Part shown: positions 49,301 through 57,505 of the stretch, piece after piece
Layout of the letters: each line of letters starts with the position of its first letter
Position numbering within the stretch: the stretch's first letter is position 1
From: Flavobacterium sp.
Lineage (GTDB): Bacteria > Bacteroidota > Bacteroidia > Flavobacteriales > Flavobacteriaceae
Assembly: GCF_032153895.1 (NCBI RefSeq)
Contig: NZ_JALDYN010000011.1
Location: forward strand, 3,937 to 67,936
Direction: 5' to 3'
Length of the DNA stretch: 64,000 nucleotides
The notes under the pieces: model-generated
What the model saw: only the letters and a program-made list of their open reading frames with translations
Told to the model about the DNA's origin: nothing
The model's database searches: none
Position numbers and translations under genes: made by a program

Positions 49301-50118
49301 CTACACCCAATTTCAGTATTAATTATTTTGGTTATGGCAATGAAACTATAAATGAAGATGATGCATTTGGCATGGATTTCAATCGAGTTAAAATTCAGCA
49401 GTTTAAAGTGGCTCCATCCATTAGACGAATTGGCCGTCATGGCAGCGATTTACAATTTTCTGCAAGTTTTGAAAATATCGAAGTGGAAGGAACCAATAAT
49501 AGATTCGTTAATATTCCGGGAGCCGTTTCTTCTACAATATTTGAATACCAGCAATTTGCCGGTTTAGGAATGCGATTTGGTTTTGAAAATTATGACAACA
49601 TTTCCAATCCAACTATGGGAATGACGTTTTATGTTTTAGCGAATTGGAAAATGAACCTTTCAGACAACAAGCGAAACTTTCCATATCTTGAAGGTGCTTA
49701 CGGAATCAGTCATAAATTATCCACCAATGGTCGCCTTGTTTTCGGAACACTTTTAAAAGGAAAAATGCTTTTAAACAACAATTTCGAGTTTTATCAAGGT
49801 GCAACATTAGGCGGAGATTACGATTTAAGAGGTTACCGAGCGCAACGTTATTTGGGTAAACAATCATTTTATCAAAGCTCGGATTTGCGTTTCACACTAG
49901 GTAAAATCAGTCAAAGTTTAATACCGATGCGTTACGGAATTTTGGGAGGATACGATTACGGACGCGTTTGGGTTGATGGCGAAAATTCCAACAAATGGCA
50001 TCAGGCTGTTGGTGGCGGAATTTGGCTTAACGGCTTAAATTCAATAACTGGCCGCTTAACCTATTTTAATGGAACTGACGGAAACAGAATAGCGTTCGGA
50101 TTAGGTTTCGGATTCTAA
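46387..50118 (+). CDS. Lipoprotein: purple-acid-phosphatase-type metallophosphoesterase + atypical kinase-like domain + Omp85/BamA-ShlB beta-barrel
   Basis: Lipobox LHSC; GDAG, GDNIY, GNHD, HHP, GHEH; GGGHQS, IGDWDRH..QW, RDRDQAF; LRGY and terminal GLGFGF. Confidence 0.8.
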   Translation: MKLFCVINVKQIRKPFTYALILFFLHSCATYKPDFGKKTAATLSENQSDSIKTLHTFYLIGDAGNADEPQTQNTLALLEENLKKADKNATLLFLGDNIYPLGMPAKKKDPERELAEIKLKNQLKITENFKGKTIFIPGNHDWYHGIKGLKEQETFVNDYLKAKKAFLPQNSCALESVKINNDVTLIIVDSQWFLEDWDKIPLINDECDIKTREKFFEEFESLINKNQNKVTILAIHHPLMSNGPHGGQFSWDKQIYPSKAKIPTPVLGSFINLLRKTSGISPQDIQNKQYSAFINRILPIIQNNDNIVVVSGHEHNLQYIEKDGLKQIISGSASKREAAKAIYPVNFSFGGNGYAVLKVKENKSTEVQFISTENNTEKELFYHQVLKPHIAKDSIYPYKADKTFAASVYHPEMTKKSGFYRFLWGEHYRNYYGKAIEAPVVYLDTLYGGLKPSIEGGGHQSLSLRLKDKNGKEYVMRGLRKSATRFLQTVAFRDQNIENEFKNTTAESFIYDYYTTAHPFTPFIIGELADKAGIYHSNPKLFYVPKQNALGKYNENFGDELYMIEERPTDEHKDLASFGKPDAIVGSDDVLANLRKDEKYEVDETAYIRARLFDMLIGDWDRHIDQWRWAEYKKDDKIIYKPIPRDRDQAFAKIDGNLLELIANGAPATRHMKSFKKEFADVKWFNFAANSLDLAFIKNNDIETWKAQAQDIVKNLTDDAIDSAFAKLPKEMNTDATTANIVATLKERKKGLEAYAVKYHHVLEKKILILGTDKKDKFIITRLNNGKTKIEVLRIIKGEEQLQFSKIYDKKYTKNIWIYGLDEDDDFIVNGDGGSPIFIRLIGGQNKDTYTINNGKGLKIHDFKSKPNTFNSNKNARVALSDDYDINEYYYKRPTLDATMVLPSIGSNPDDGVKLGAAITYTKYGFINAPFTRKHTFKGNYYFATEGFELFYNGILTKAIKNWNFELDAQYTTPNFSINYFGYGNETINEDDAFGMDFNRVKIQQFKVAPSIRRIGRHGSDLQFSASFENIEVEGTNNRFVNIPGAVSSTIFEYQQFAGLGMRFGFENYDNISNPTMGMTFYVLANWKMNLSDNKRNFPYLEGAYGISHKLSTNGRLVFGTLLKGKMLLNNNFEFYQGATLGGDYDLRGYRAQRYLGKQSFYQSSDLRFTLGKISQSLIPMRYGILGGYDYGRVWVDGENSNKWHQAVGGGIWLNGLNSITGRLTYFNGTDGNRIAFGLGFGF

Positions 50119-50126
50119 CAAAACAA

Positions 50127-50984
50127 TTATGGATTCAAATCAAACTGATATACAATGCCACCACTTTTCTTCACTTTCTCATCAGCAATAAAAAGCGTGT
50201 TGCCGTTTTTAAAAGCAATCGCTTCTTTTTGGGAATTATGATTCAGATTAATTTCCGATATTTTACCATCGAAAAAAGCATCCTCTTTAAAATCTTCAAA
50301 AAGCCATACTTTCTGGTGACTTAAAATTGCAATCCGCTTTTGATTAGGACTAATTGCCGCACCCGTTACTGCTCCGGAATTGAATGTATCATCGGTTTTA
50401 TACGAACCCATTAAAGTCGCCTGATGATTTCCAGCAGTCATCGGAACACGATACAACAAAGTGGTTCCGTCAAAATTCTTGCTTCGGTTTTTGGTAAAAA
50501 TATAGAAGTGATTGTTGTACACGATAAAAGCTTCGGCATCATATAACAATTCCAATTTTTTAGGTGGAAAATCTTTTTGTTCGGGATAGCTGAAACTAAT
50601 TTTAGCAACGGCATCGGTTTCTTCAGTGTCTAACGAATCTTTACTGATTTTATAAATGTACAAATCTTTTCGGATATTGTCGTTGTTGCCGAAATCACCG
50701 ATGTAGATATTCCCTTCGGTATCGCTGGCTAAATCTTCCCAATCGATATTTTCGGCATTGGCAATTGTAATTTCATTAGCAATATCACCTGCTTCGGTTA
50801 GCTGAAAAAGAACATTTTTATTTCCACTATCGGCAATAGCCCAAATAGAGTTATCCACTGAAGTTATCCCCGAAATCTCTTTTAATTTTTTCGGTAAATC
50901 GAAGAGCTTTTCCGGTTGGGTTTCCGAAGGTGTACAACGCAAAAACAATAATCCTATAACAAAAAATGGAACGACTTTTTTCAT
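50127..50984 (-). CDS. Beta-propeller lipoprotein (SdiA-regulated/phytase-like)
   Basis: Lipobox FLRC; KEISGI, DWEDL, DIGNN-like GDFGNN, DAEAF, QKEAI repeats. Confidence 0.65.
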   Translation of the reverse strand: MKKVVPFFVIGLLFLRCTPSETQPEKLFDLPKKLKEISGITSVDNSIWAIADSGNKNVLFQLTEAGDIANEITIANAENIDWEDLASDTEGNIYIGDFGNNDNIRKDLYIYKISKDSLDTEETDAVAKISFSYPEQKDFPPKKLELLYDAEAFIVYNNHFYIFTKNRSKNFDGTTLLYRVPMTAGNHQATLMGSYKTDDTFNSGAVTGAAISPNQKRIAILSHQKVWLFEDFKEDAFFDGKISEINLNHNSQKEAIAFKNGNTLFIADEKVKKSGGIVYQFDLNP

Positions 50985-51073
50985 GCTTAATTTTTACACT
51001 ACTAAATTACTGCTTTTAACAACATTCTCTAAAACAATAGTTATTTTTGTGCTGCAGAAAAAAAAACTCATTC

Positions 51074-51652
51074 ATGTTACAGCTCGTTTTCGCTTCCAAC
51101 AACAAAAATAAAATCAAAGAAATTCAACAATTAGTTCCTTCAGATATACGAATTCTCAGTTTAGAAGATATTGGTTGCGATGTCGATATTCCTGAAACTG
51201 CCGAAACCATTGAAGGAAACGCCATTCTAAAAGCCAATTATGTAACCAAAAACTATGGTTATCCTTGTTTTGCTGACGACAGTGGCTTGGAAGTCGATGC
51301 TCTAAACGGCGAACCCGGAGTTTATTCTGCTCGTTATGCCGGATTGCAGCGAAATGATGATGATAATATGATCAAAGTCTTGACCAATCTTCAAAATCAA
51401 TCCAACCGCAAAGCCAATTTTAAAACGGTTATTGCTTTAAACCTCAACGGAGAGCAACATTTATTCACCGGAATCATCAACGGAGAAATCATTCATGAAA
51501 AACGCGGAACAAATGGTTTTGGCTACGATCCGATTTTTGTAGCTGAAGGATACCACAAAACCTTTGCAGAACTTTCTATGGAAGAAAAATCCGCCATCAG
51601 TCATCGTGGAAAAGCGGTGAAACAACTGATTTCATATCTTCAAAAAATGTAG
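51074..51652 (+). CDS. rdgB: Non-canonical purine NTP pyrophosphatase (RdgB/HAM1)
   Basis: ASNNKNK, ADDSGL, GVYSARY, GFGYDPIF, SHRGKA; TATTTTTG box at 51042-51049. Confidence 0.94.
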   Translation: MLQLVFASNNKNKIKEIQQLVPSDIRILSLEDIGCDVDIPETAETIEGNAILKANYVTKNYGYPCFADDSGLEVDALNGEPGVYSARYAGLQRNDDDNMIKVLTNLQNQSNRKANFKTVIALNLNGEQHLFTGIINGEIIHEKRGTNGFGYDPIFVAEGYHKTFAELSMEEKSAISHRGKAVKQLISYLQKM

Positions 51653-51829
51653 TTTTTATTGTAAAATTCTCAATAAAAAGGCACAAAAATCTTAAAATAT
51701 TCAAGGTTTACATTTACTTATTTTTGTAATTTACTGATTATCAAATATTAATAAATTCACAAATAAATATTTTCCGCTAGTTTATCTCGTTAATTAGCAG
51801 TACTTTTGCACCCAATTTAAAAATAACAA

Positions 51830-53728
51830 ATGAACAAATTTGAACAATTGGGTCTTAACGAGTCGCTACTGCTGGCGATCAAAGATCTAGGATTTGAGAA
51901 TCCGTCAGAGGTACAGGAAAAAGCGATTCCCCTATTATTGGAAAAAGACACCGATATTGTGGCGTTGGCGCAAACAGGAACAGGAAAAACAGCCGCTTTC
52001 GGTTTTCCGTTGATCCAGAAAATTGACGCTGAGGACAGAAACACTCAGGCTTTGATTTTATCGCCAACTCGCGAACTTTGTTTACAGATTACCAACGAAA
52101 TTAAGCAGTATTCTAAATATGTAAAAGGACTTCACACCGTAGCGGTTTATGGCGGTGCAAGCATTACAGAACAAGCGAAAGATGTAAGACGCGGAGCGCA
52201 GATTATTGTAGCGACTCCAGGTCGTATGCAAGATATGATCAACCGTGGGATGGTGAACATCAAAAACATCAATTTCTGTGTTTTGGATGAGGCCGATGAG
52301 ATGTTGAACATGGGATTCTATGACGATATCACCTCTATCCTATCCGATACACCAGAAGATAAATCTACTTGGTTATTCTCGGCTACAATGCCTCAGGAAG
52401 TTGCGCGTATTGCACGTGAATTCATGAGAAAGCCGTTAGAAATTACTGTTGGTCACAAAAACTCAGGTTCGCAAAATGTATCGCACGAATTTTATTTAGT
52501 AAATGCTCGTGACCGTTATGCAGCTTTAAAACGTTTAGCGGATGCTAACCCGGATATTTTCTCGGTTATTTTCTGTAGAACTAAAAGAGATACTCAGGCT
52601 GTTGCCGAAAAATTAATCGAAGACGGTTATAATGCAGCTGCTTTACACGGAGATTTATCGCAGGCACAACGTGATGCGGTTATGAAATCGTTCCGTGGAA
52701 GACAAATTCAGATGTTGGTTGCGACTGACGTTGCCGCTCGTGGTATCGACGTCGATGATGTTACTCACGTTATCAACTACCAATTACCAGACGAAGTTGA
52801 AACGTATACGCACCGTTCAGGTCGTACAGGTCGTGCCGGAAAATCAGGTACTTCTTTGGTAATTATCACGAAAAGTGAATTGCGTAAGATTTCTCAAATC
52901 GAGCGTATCATCAAGATGAAATTCGAAGAGAAACCGATTCCTTCTGGTATTGAAATCTGCGAAATTCAGTTATTCCACTTAGCTAACAGAATTAAAGATG
53001 TTGAAGTAGATCACGAAATCGACACCTATTTACCAGCTATCGAGGAAGTATTGAAAGATATTCCGAAAGAGGAATTAATCAAAAAAATGGTTTCTGTTGA
53101 ATTTAACCGTTTCCTTGCTTATTATAAAAAATCAAGAGATATCAGTTCTGAAACAGCAGGAAACCGCAGAGATGCTGGTGCTGCTCCAACTGAAGGCGCT
53201 GTTCGTTATTTCATCAACATCGGAGCCAGAGATGATTTCGATTGGATGTCATTGAAAGACTTCTTACGCGATACGATTGGCTTAGGTAAAGACGATTTAT
53301 TTAAAGTAGACGTAAAAGAAGGTTTCTCTTTCTTCAATACTGATGCTGAGCATGTAGAAAAAGTAATGGACGTTTTGAACAACTTCCATTTAGAAGGAAG
53401 AAAAATCAACGTTGAAATTTCTAAAAACGACGGAGCATCTAACAGCCGAAGAAGAGATCACGGCGGACGCGGTGGAGAAAGAAGAAGTTTCGGTGGTGGA
53501 AGAGACAGAGATTCAAGAGATCGCGACTCAAGAGGTGGTGACAGAGACAGAGCGCCACGCGGTGATAGAGGCTCAAGAGGTGAAAGTCGATTTGGCGGAG
53601 AAAAACGTTCAGACAGAAGAAGCAGTTCTTCAGATGACAGAGCGCCAAGAAACGAAAGACGTTCAGACAGAGCACCACGTCGTTCCGACTCAAGCGCACC
53701 TAAAGAAAGAAGACCAAGAAGAAGCTAA
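51830..53728 (+). CDS. deaD: DEAD-box RNA helicase, DeaD/CsdA type with RNA-binding domain and RGG/RD tail
   Basis: AQTGTGKT, PTREL, DEAD, SAT, HRSGRTGRAG; TACTTTTG box at 51801-51808. Confidence 0.9.
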   Translation: MNKFEQLGLNESLLLAIKDLGFENPSEVQEKAIPLLLEKDTDIVALAQTGTGKTAAFGFPLIQKIDAEDRNTQALILSPTRELCLQITNEIKQYSKYVKGLHTVAVYGGASITEQAKDVRRGAQIIVATPGRMQDMINRGMVNIKNINFCVLDEADEMLNMGFYDDITSILSDTPEDKSTWLFSATMPQEVARIAREFMRKPLEITVGHKNSGSQNVSHEFYLVNARDRYAALKRLADANPDIFSVIFCRTKRDTQAVAEKLIEDGYNAAALHGDLSQAQRDAVMKSFRGRQIQMLVATDVAARGIDVDDVTHVINYQLPDEVETYTHRSGRTGRAGKSGTSLVIITKSELRKISQIERIIKMKFEEKPIPSGIEICEIQLFHLANRIKDVEVDHEIDTYLPAIEEVLKDIPKEELIKKMVSVEFNRFLAYYKKSRDISSETAGNRRDAGAAPTEGAVRYFINIGARDDFDWMSLKDFLRDTIGLGKDDLFKVDVKEGFSFFNTDAEHVEKVMDVLNNFHLEGRKINVEISKNDGASNSRRRDHGGRGGERRSFGGGRDRDSRDRDSRGGDRDRAPRGDRGSRGESRFGGEKRSDRRSSSSDDRAPRNERRSDRAPRRSDSSAPKERRPRRS

Positions 53729-53805
53729 TTCTTTTTGTTAATTTTCTTCTAATTCCTATAGAAACTACAAAATATCTAGTACTTTTAGGCCAACTAAAAA
53801 CAAGT

Positions 53806-54576
53806 ATGAAATATTTTGTAGTTTTTTTATTTGCCTTATTTTCGGTTACTGCGATTGCTCAGGAAAAAGGATATACCAAAATTTCCGGAGTTGTGGTTAA
53901 CGAATCGAATCTGTTACCTAAAGCCGATGTGAATGTTATCAACCTTAACACCGTAAAAGGAACTACCACTAACGGTATGGGGGAATTTGAAATCGAAGCC
54001 AAAGTAAACGACACACTACACTTTTCATACATCGGATTTCAGTCTATTAAAATTCGTGTTTCTTCGGATTGGGTTAAAAACAAAACTGGTTTTAAAGTAA
54101 AGCTTACTGAAAAAGCGTTCGCAATTGAAGAAGTTTTCATTCCACGTTATATGCTTACCGGGTATTTAGAAGTCGACACCAAATTAATTGCTTTAAACGA
54201 AGCACACCGATACAGCATCTCAGGATTGCCGTATGGTTATGAATCGGGTGGAAATTCTTCTTCTCAAGTAAAAAAAGTATTGGGAGCTTTGTCTAACCCT
54301 GCGGATGCACTCTATAATGCCTTCGGTAAAAAAGGGAAAGAAATGCGAAAACTACGCGAGTTCAAAAAAGACGAAACTGTTCGTAACGTTTTAGCGTCCA
54401 AATACGACCGTGAAACCGTATCAGCATTATTGGGAATTGACAAAAAAGACATCAAAGACATCTTAAAAGGATGCAGCTATTCTGATACTTTTATCGAAAC
54501 CGCTAACGATTTACAAATCATGGATGCGATAAAAGGTTGCTATGAAGATTATAAATTGCTGAAGAAGAATAAATAA
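53806..54576 (+). CDS. Carboxypeptidase-regulatory-like domain protein
   Basis: Signal peptide; GTTTNGMGEFEI...DTLHFSYIGF. Confidence 0.75.
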   Translation: MKYFVVFLFALFSVTAIAQEKGYTKISGVVVNESNLLPKADVNVINLNTVKGTTTNGMGEFEIEAKVNDTLHFSYIGFQSIKIRVSSDWVKNKTGFKVKLTEKAFAIEEVFIPRYMLTGYLEVDTKLIALNEAHRYSISGLPYGYESGGNSSSQVKKVLGALSNPADALYNAFGKKGKEMRKLREFKKDETVRNVLASKYDRETVSALLGIDKKDIKDILKGCSYSDTFIETANDLQIMDAIKGCYEDYKLLKKNK

Positions 54577-54690
54577 GTCTTCAGTCTCAGTAGACAGTAA
54601 ATAAAAAACGCTTTGACTTATCAAAGCGTTTTTTATTTGAGAATTACCCAATAAACACAGAAAACTGCGACTGCGACTGAAAACTAAACT
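54577..54690. terminator. Bidirectional terminator (54599-54638) nested within CAGTCTCAGT / ACTGCGACTG repeat arms
   Basis: AAATAAAAAACGCTTTGA-CTTA-TCAAAGCGTTTTTTATTT with complementary flanking repeats. Confidence 0.8.
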
Positions 54691-55352
54691 CTTTCTAAAT
54701 ACTTCTTCGTAATAAAATCAATATCCTTGATTGATTTTCTTGTCCAATCGATGCGTTTTTCCAGTAATTCTTCTTCAGTTAATTTCCAATCGATATCCGA
54801 ATGACGTAATCTGTTGGTAATCGCTTGAATAATAATCGCCGCGGATACTGAAATATTCAAACTCTCCGTAAAACCAACCATCGGAATTTTCAAAAAACCA
54901 TCGGCTTGCTTCATAATATCTTCCGATAAACCTAATTTTTCAGTACCAAAGAAAATTGCTGAAGGTTTTGTAATATCAAAATCTTCCAACATACAATCAT
55001 TTTCATGCGGTGTCGTGGCAATAATCTGATAGCCTTTCGCTTTTAAATCGTTTACACAATCTTGATTCGTTGAAAAACGTTTGATATCTACCCATTTTTC
55101 GGCACCCATCGCAATTTCCTTGTCAATTTGCTTACCAAAGCGTTGTTCCACTACATTAAGCTCTTGAATTCCAAACACTTCACAACTTCGCATTACAGCA
55201 CTGGTATTGTGCAATTGGTAAACATCTTCACAAGCAATAGTAAAATGCTTTGTTCGACTTTGAAGCACTTTTAAAAAGCCTTCTTTTCGGTTTTCGGTGA
55301 TAAATTCTTCTAAATAGGCAAGATAATTAGCGTCTTTAAACAGGTTTTCCAT
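54684..55352 (-). CDS. trmH: TrmH/SpoU-family RNA 2'-O-methyltransferase
   Basis: HNTSAVMRSCEVFG, FFGTEKLG, IPMVGFTESLNISV. Confidence 0.88.
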   Translation of the reverse strand: MENLFKDANYLAYLEEFITENRKEGFLKVLQSRTKHFTIACEDVYQLHNTSAVMRSCEVFGIQELNVVEQRFGKQIDKEIAMGAEKWVDIKRFSTNQDCVNDLKAKGYQIIATTPHENDCMLEDFDITKPSAIFFGTEKLGLSEDIMKQADGFLKIPMVGFTESLNISVSAAIIIQAITNRLRHSDIDWKLTEEELLEKRIDWTRKSIKDIDFITKKYLERV

Positions 55353-55408
55353 GAAAATGGCGGTATTTTAAATATTGTTTATTAATTTTAGGAGATTAAT
55401 TCCTACGT

Positions 55409-55939
55409 ATGACGCAAGAAGAATTACTAGAGCAAATTTATAAAAAAGACAATAAAGCCTTTACCCTTTTGTACGACATGTACGCTAAAAGTCTGTTTGG
55501 TATCATCTACAACCTTCTCAAAGACAAAGAAGAAGCCGAAGACGTATTGCAAGAAGTTTTCGTAAAAATCTGGAAAGGCATAGACAGTTATGATCAAAAT
55601 AAAGGTCGTTTTTACACCTGGATTCTGAACATCGCCCGCAATACGGCGATTGACAAACTGCGCTCAAAAGACTACAACAACAGTCAAAAAAACTTATCTT
55701 CTGAAAATTTCGTACATATATTGGATGACAGCAACAAAATCAACAATAAAATTGACACGATTGGCATTCAGGAATTTATAAAAAGATTGAAACCGAAATG
55801 CATTCAGCTTATCGATTTACTGTTTTTTAAAGATTTTACCCAAAAGGAAGTTTCCGAAGAATTAGAAATTCCGCTTGGAACTGTAAAAACACAAAGCCGA
55901 AACTGTATCAACGAATTACGGAATTTATTAAAAATATAA
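55409..55939 (+). CDS. ECF RNA polymerase sigma factor
   Basis: AEDVLQEVFVKIW, WILNIARNTAID, IPLGTVKT. Confidence 0.93.
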   Translation: MTQEELLEQIYKKDNKAFTLLYDMYAKSLFGIIYNLLKDKEEAEDVLQEVFVKIWKGIDSYDQNKGRFYTWILNIARNTAIDKLRSKDYNNSQKNLSSENFVHILDDSNKINNKIDTIGIQEFIKRLKPKCIQLIDLLFFKDFTQKEVSEELEIPLGTVKTQSRNCINELRNLLKI

Positions 55940-56745
55940 TGAACAGCAGAGAATATATAGAAAGTGGCATTTTAGAACTTTACGTTTTTGGAAAATTATC
56001 TGAAGATGAAATGGCTGAAGTTCAACAAATGGCGGCAGATAATCCGTCTATCCGAACCGAAATTGCGGCTATTGAAAAGGCTGTGATTAATCTTTCGCAC
56101 AGTGTTTCGCCTAATATTTCTTCGGAAACTTATGATAAAATCCGTCGGGAATTATTGGCCGCCAATGACGAGAAAGTCATTCAACTGAAAAAGAAAAAAA
56201 CAAATTGGGCTGCCATTTCAGGTTGGGCTGCCTGCTTAGCAGTTTTGTTAGGTGCCGGTTTTATGTATTTGCAGATCACTGATTCCATGGACGAGCAAAT
56301 CAATTCTGAAGTGGAAAAAAGCAAATCTGAAGTAACCAAAATGCAGCAAACGGTAAAAACTTTAGAAGATAAATCCGAAGCTACCGAAAATATTTTAAAC
56401 ATAATCCGTGACCAAAATAATATTGTTGTTCGTTTAGAAGGGCAAGCCGCTATGCCAACCGCCAATGCAAAATTATTCTGGAACAAAGCCACAAACGAAG
56501 TTTACATCGACGGACAAAGTCTTCCTGAGCCGCCACAAGGTATGGTTTATCAGGTTTGGTCGGTAAAACTAAATCCGATGGCTCCAACGAGTATTGGTCT
56601 TTTGGAAAGAGCATCAGATTCTTCCTCAAAAATGTACCGCGTCGACAATACGACCGATGCCGATGCTTTTGGAATTACGCTTGAACCTGAAGGCGGAAGC
56701 GCAGTACCGACCATGGAAAATCTCTATTCTTTCGGAAAAGTATAA
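55939..56745 (+). CDS. Anti-sigma factor, RskA family
   Basis: YIESGILELYV, TM helix, YQVW, FGITLEPEGGS..PT; TAATG overlap with the sigma gene. Confidence 0.88.
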   Translation: MNSREYIESGILELYVFGKLSEDEMAEVQQMAADNPSIRTEIAAIEKAVINLSHSVSPNISSETYDKIRRELLAANDEKVIQLKKKKTNWAAISGWAACLAVLLGAGFMYLQITDSMDEQINSEVEKSKSEVTKMQQTVKTLEDKSEATENILNIIRDQNNIVVRLEGQAAMPTANAKLFWNKATNEVYIDGQSLPEPPQGMVYQVWSVKLNPMAPTSIGLLERASDSSSKMYRVDNTTDADAFGITLEPEGGSAVPTMENLYSFGKV

Positions 56746-57425
56746 TGAGAAAGAAAATTGTAATTCTGTCTGGCGCCGGTATGAGTGCCGAAAGCGGAAT
56801 CAAAACCTTTCGGGATGCCGATGGTTTGTGGGAAGGTCATGATATCATGGAAGTGGCTTCACCAATCGGTTGGGCTAAAAATCCGGAATTGGTATTGGAT
56901 TTCTACAACAAACGTCGCGCACAACTTTTCGAAGTTGAACCTAATAAAGGACATTTTCAGGTTGCAGCATTAGAAAAAGAGCATGAGGTTTATGTGATTA
57001 CTCAAAATGTAGACGATTTACACGAACGCGCCGGAAGTACGAACGTTTTACATCTTCACGGAGAATTGTTAAAAGTCCGAAGCACTAAACATTATCACGA
57101 AGTTTACGATTGGAAAACCGATTTAAATTTAGGCGATGTAGATTCAGATGGAAATCAATTGCGACCACACATCGTTTGGTTTGGCGAAGAAGTTCCCGCC
57201 ATTGAAGAAGCCGCACAAATTGTAGAAAACGCCGATATTCTGATTGTCATCGGAACTTCATTGCAAGTATATCCCGCAGCAGGTTTAATCAATTACGCTA
57301 AGCATCATATTCCGATTTATTATATTGATCCGAAACCCGCAACGTTATACGATATTCCAAATCCGGTTACTGTAATTCCAATGAATGCAAGCGAAGGAAT
57401 GGAATTTCTGTTGGAAAAATTATAA
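56745..57425 (+). CDS. cobB: NAD-dependent protein deacylase (sirtuin)
   Basis: GAGMSAESGIKTFRD, TQNVDDLH, HLHG, RPHIVWFGE, GTSLQVYPAA. Confidence 0.93.
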   Translation: MRKKIVILSGAGMSAESGIKTFRDADGLWEGHDIMEVASPIGWAKNPELVLDFYNKRRAQLFEVEPNKGHFQVAALEKEHEVYVITQNVDDLHERAGSTNVLHLHGELLKVRSTKHYHEVYDWKTDLNLGDVDSDGNQLRPHIVWFGEEVPAIEEAAQIVENADILIVIGTSLQVYPAAGLINYAKHHIPIYYIDPKPATLYDIPNPVTVIPMNASEGMEFLLEKL

Positions 57426-57505
57426 AAACTGATTAAAAGAAAGCGTAGTTTTTCCAAATGGACTAATTATCTTATCTTTGCCCCTTCAAAAAACAACACA
57501 ACAAC

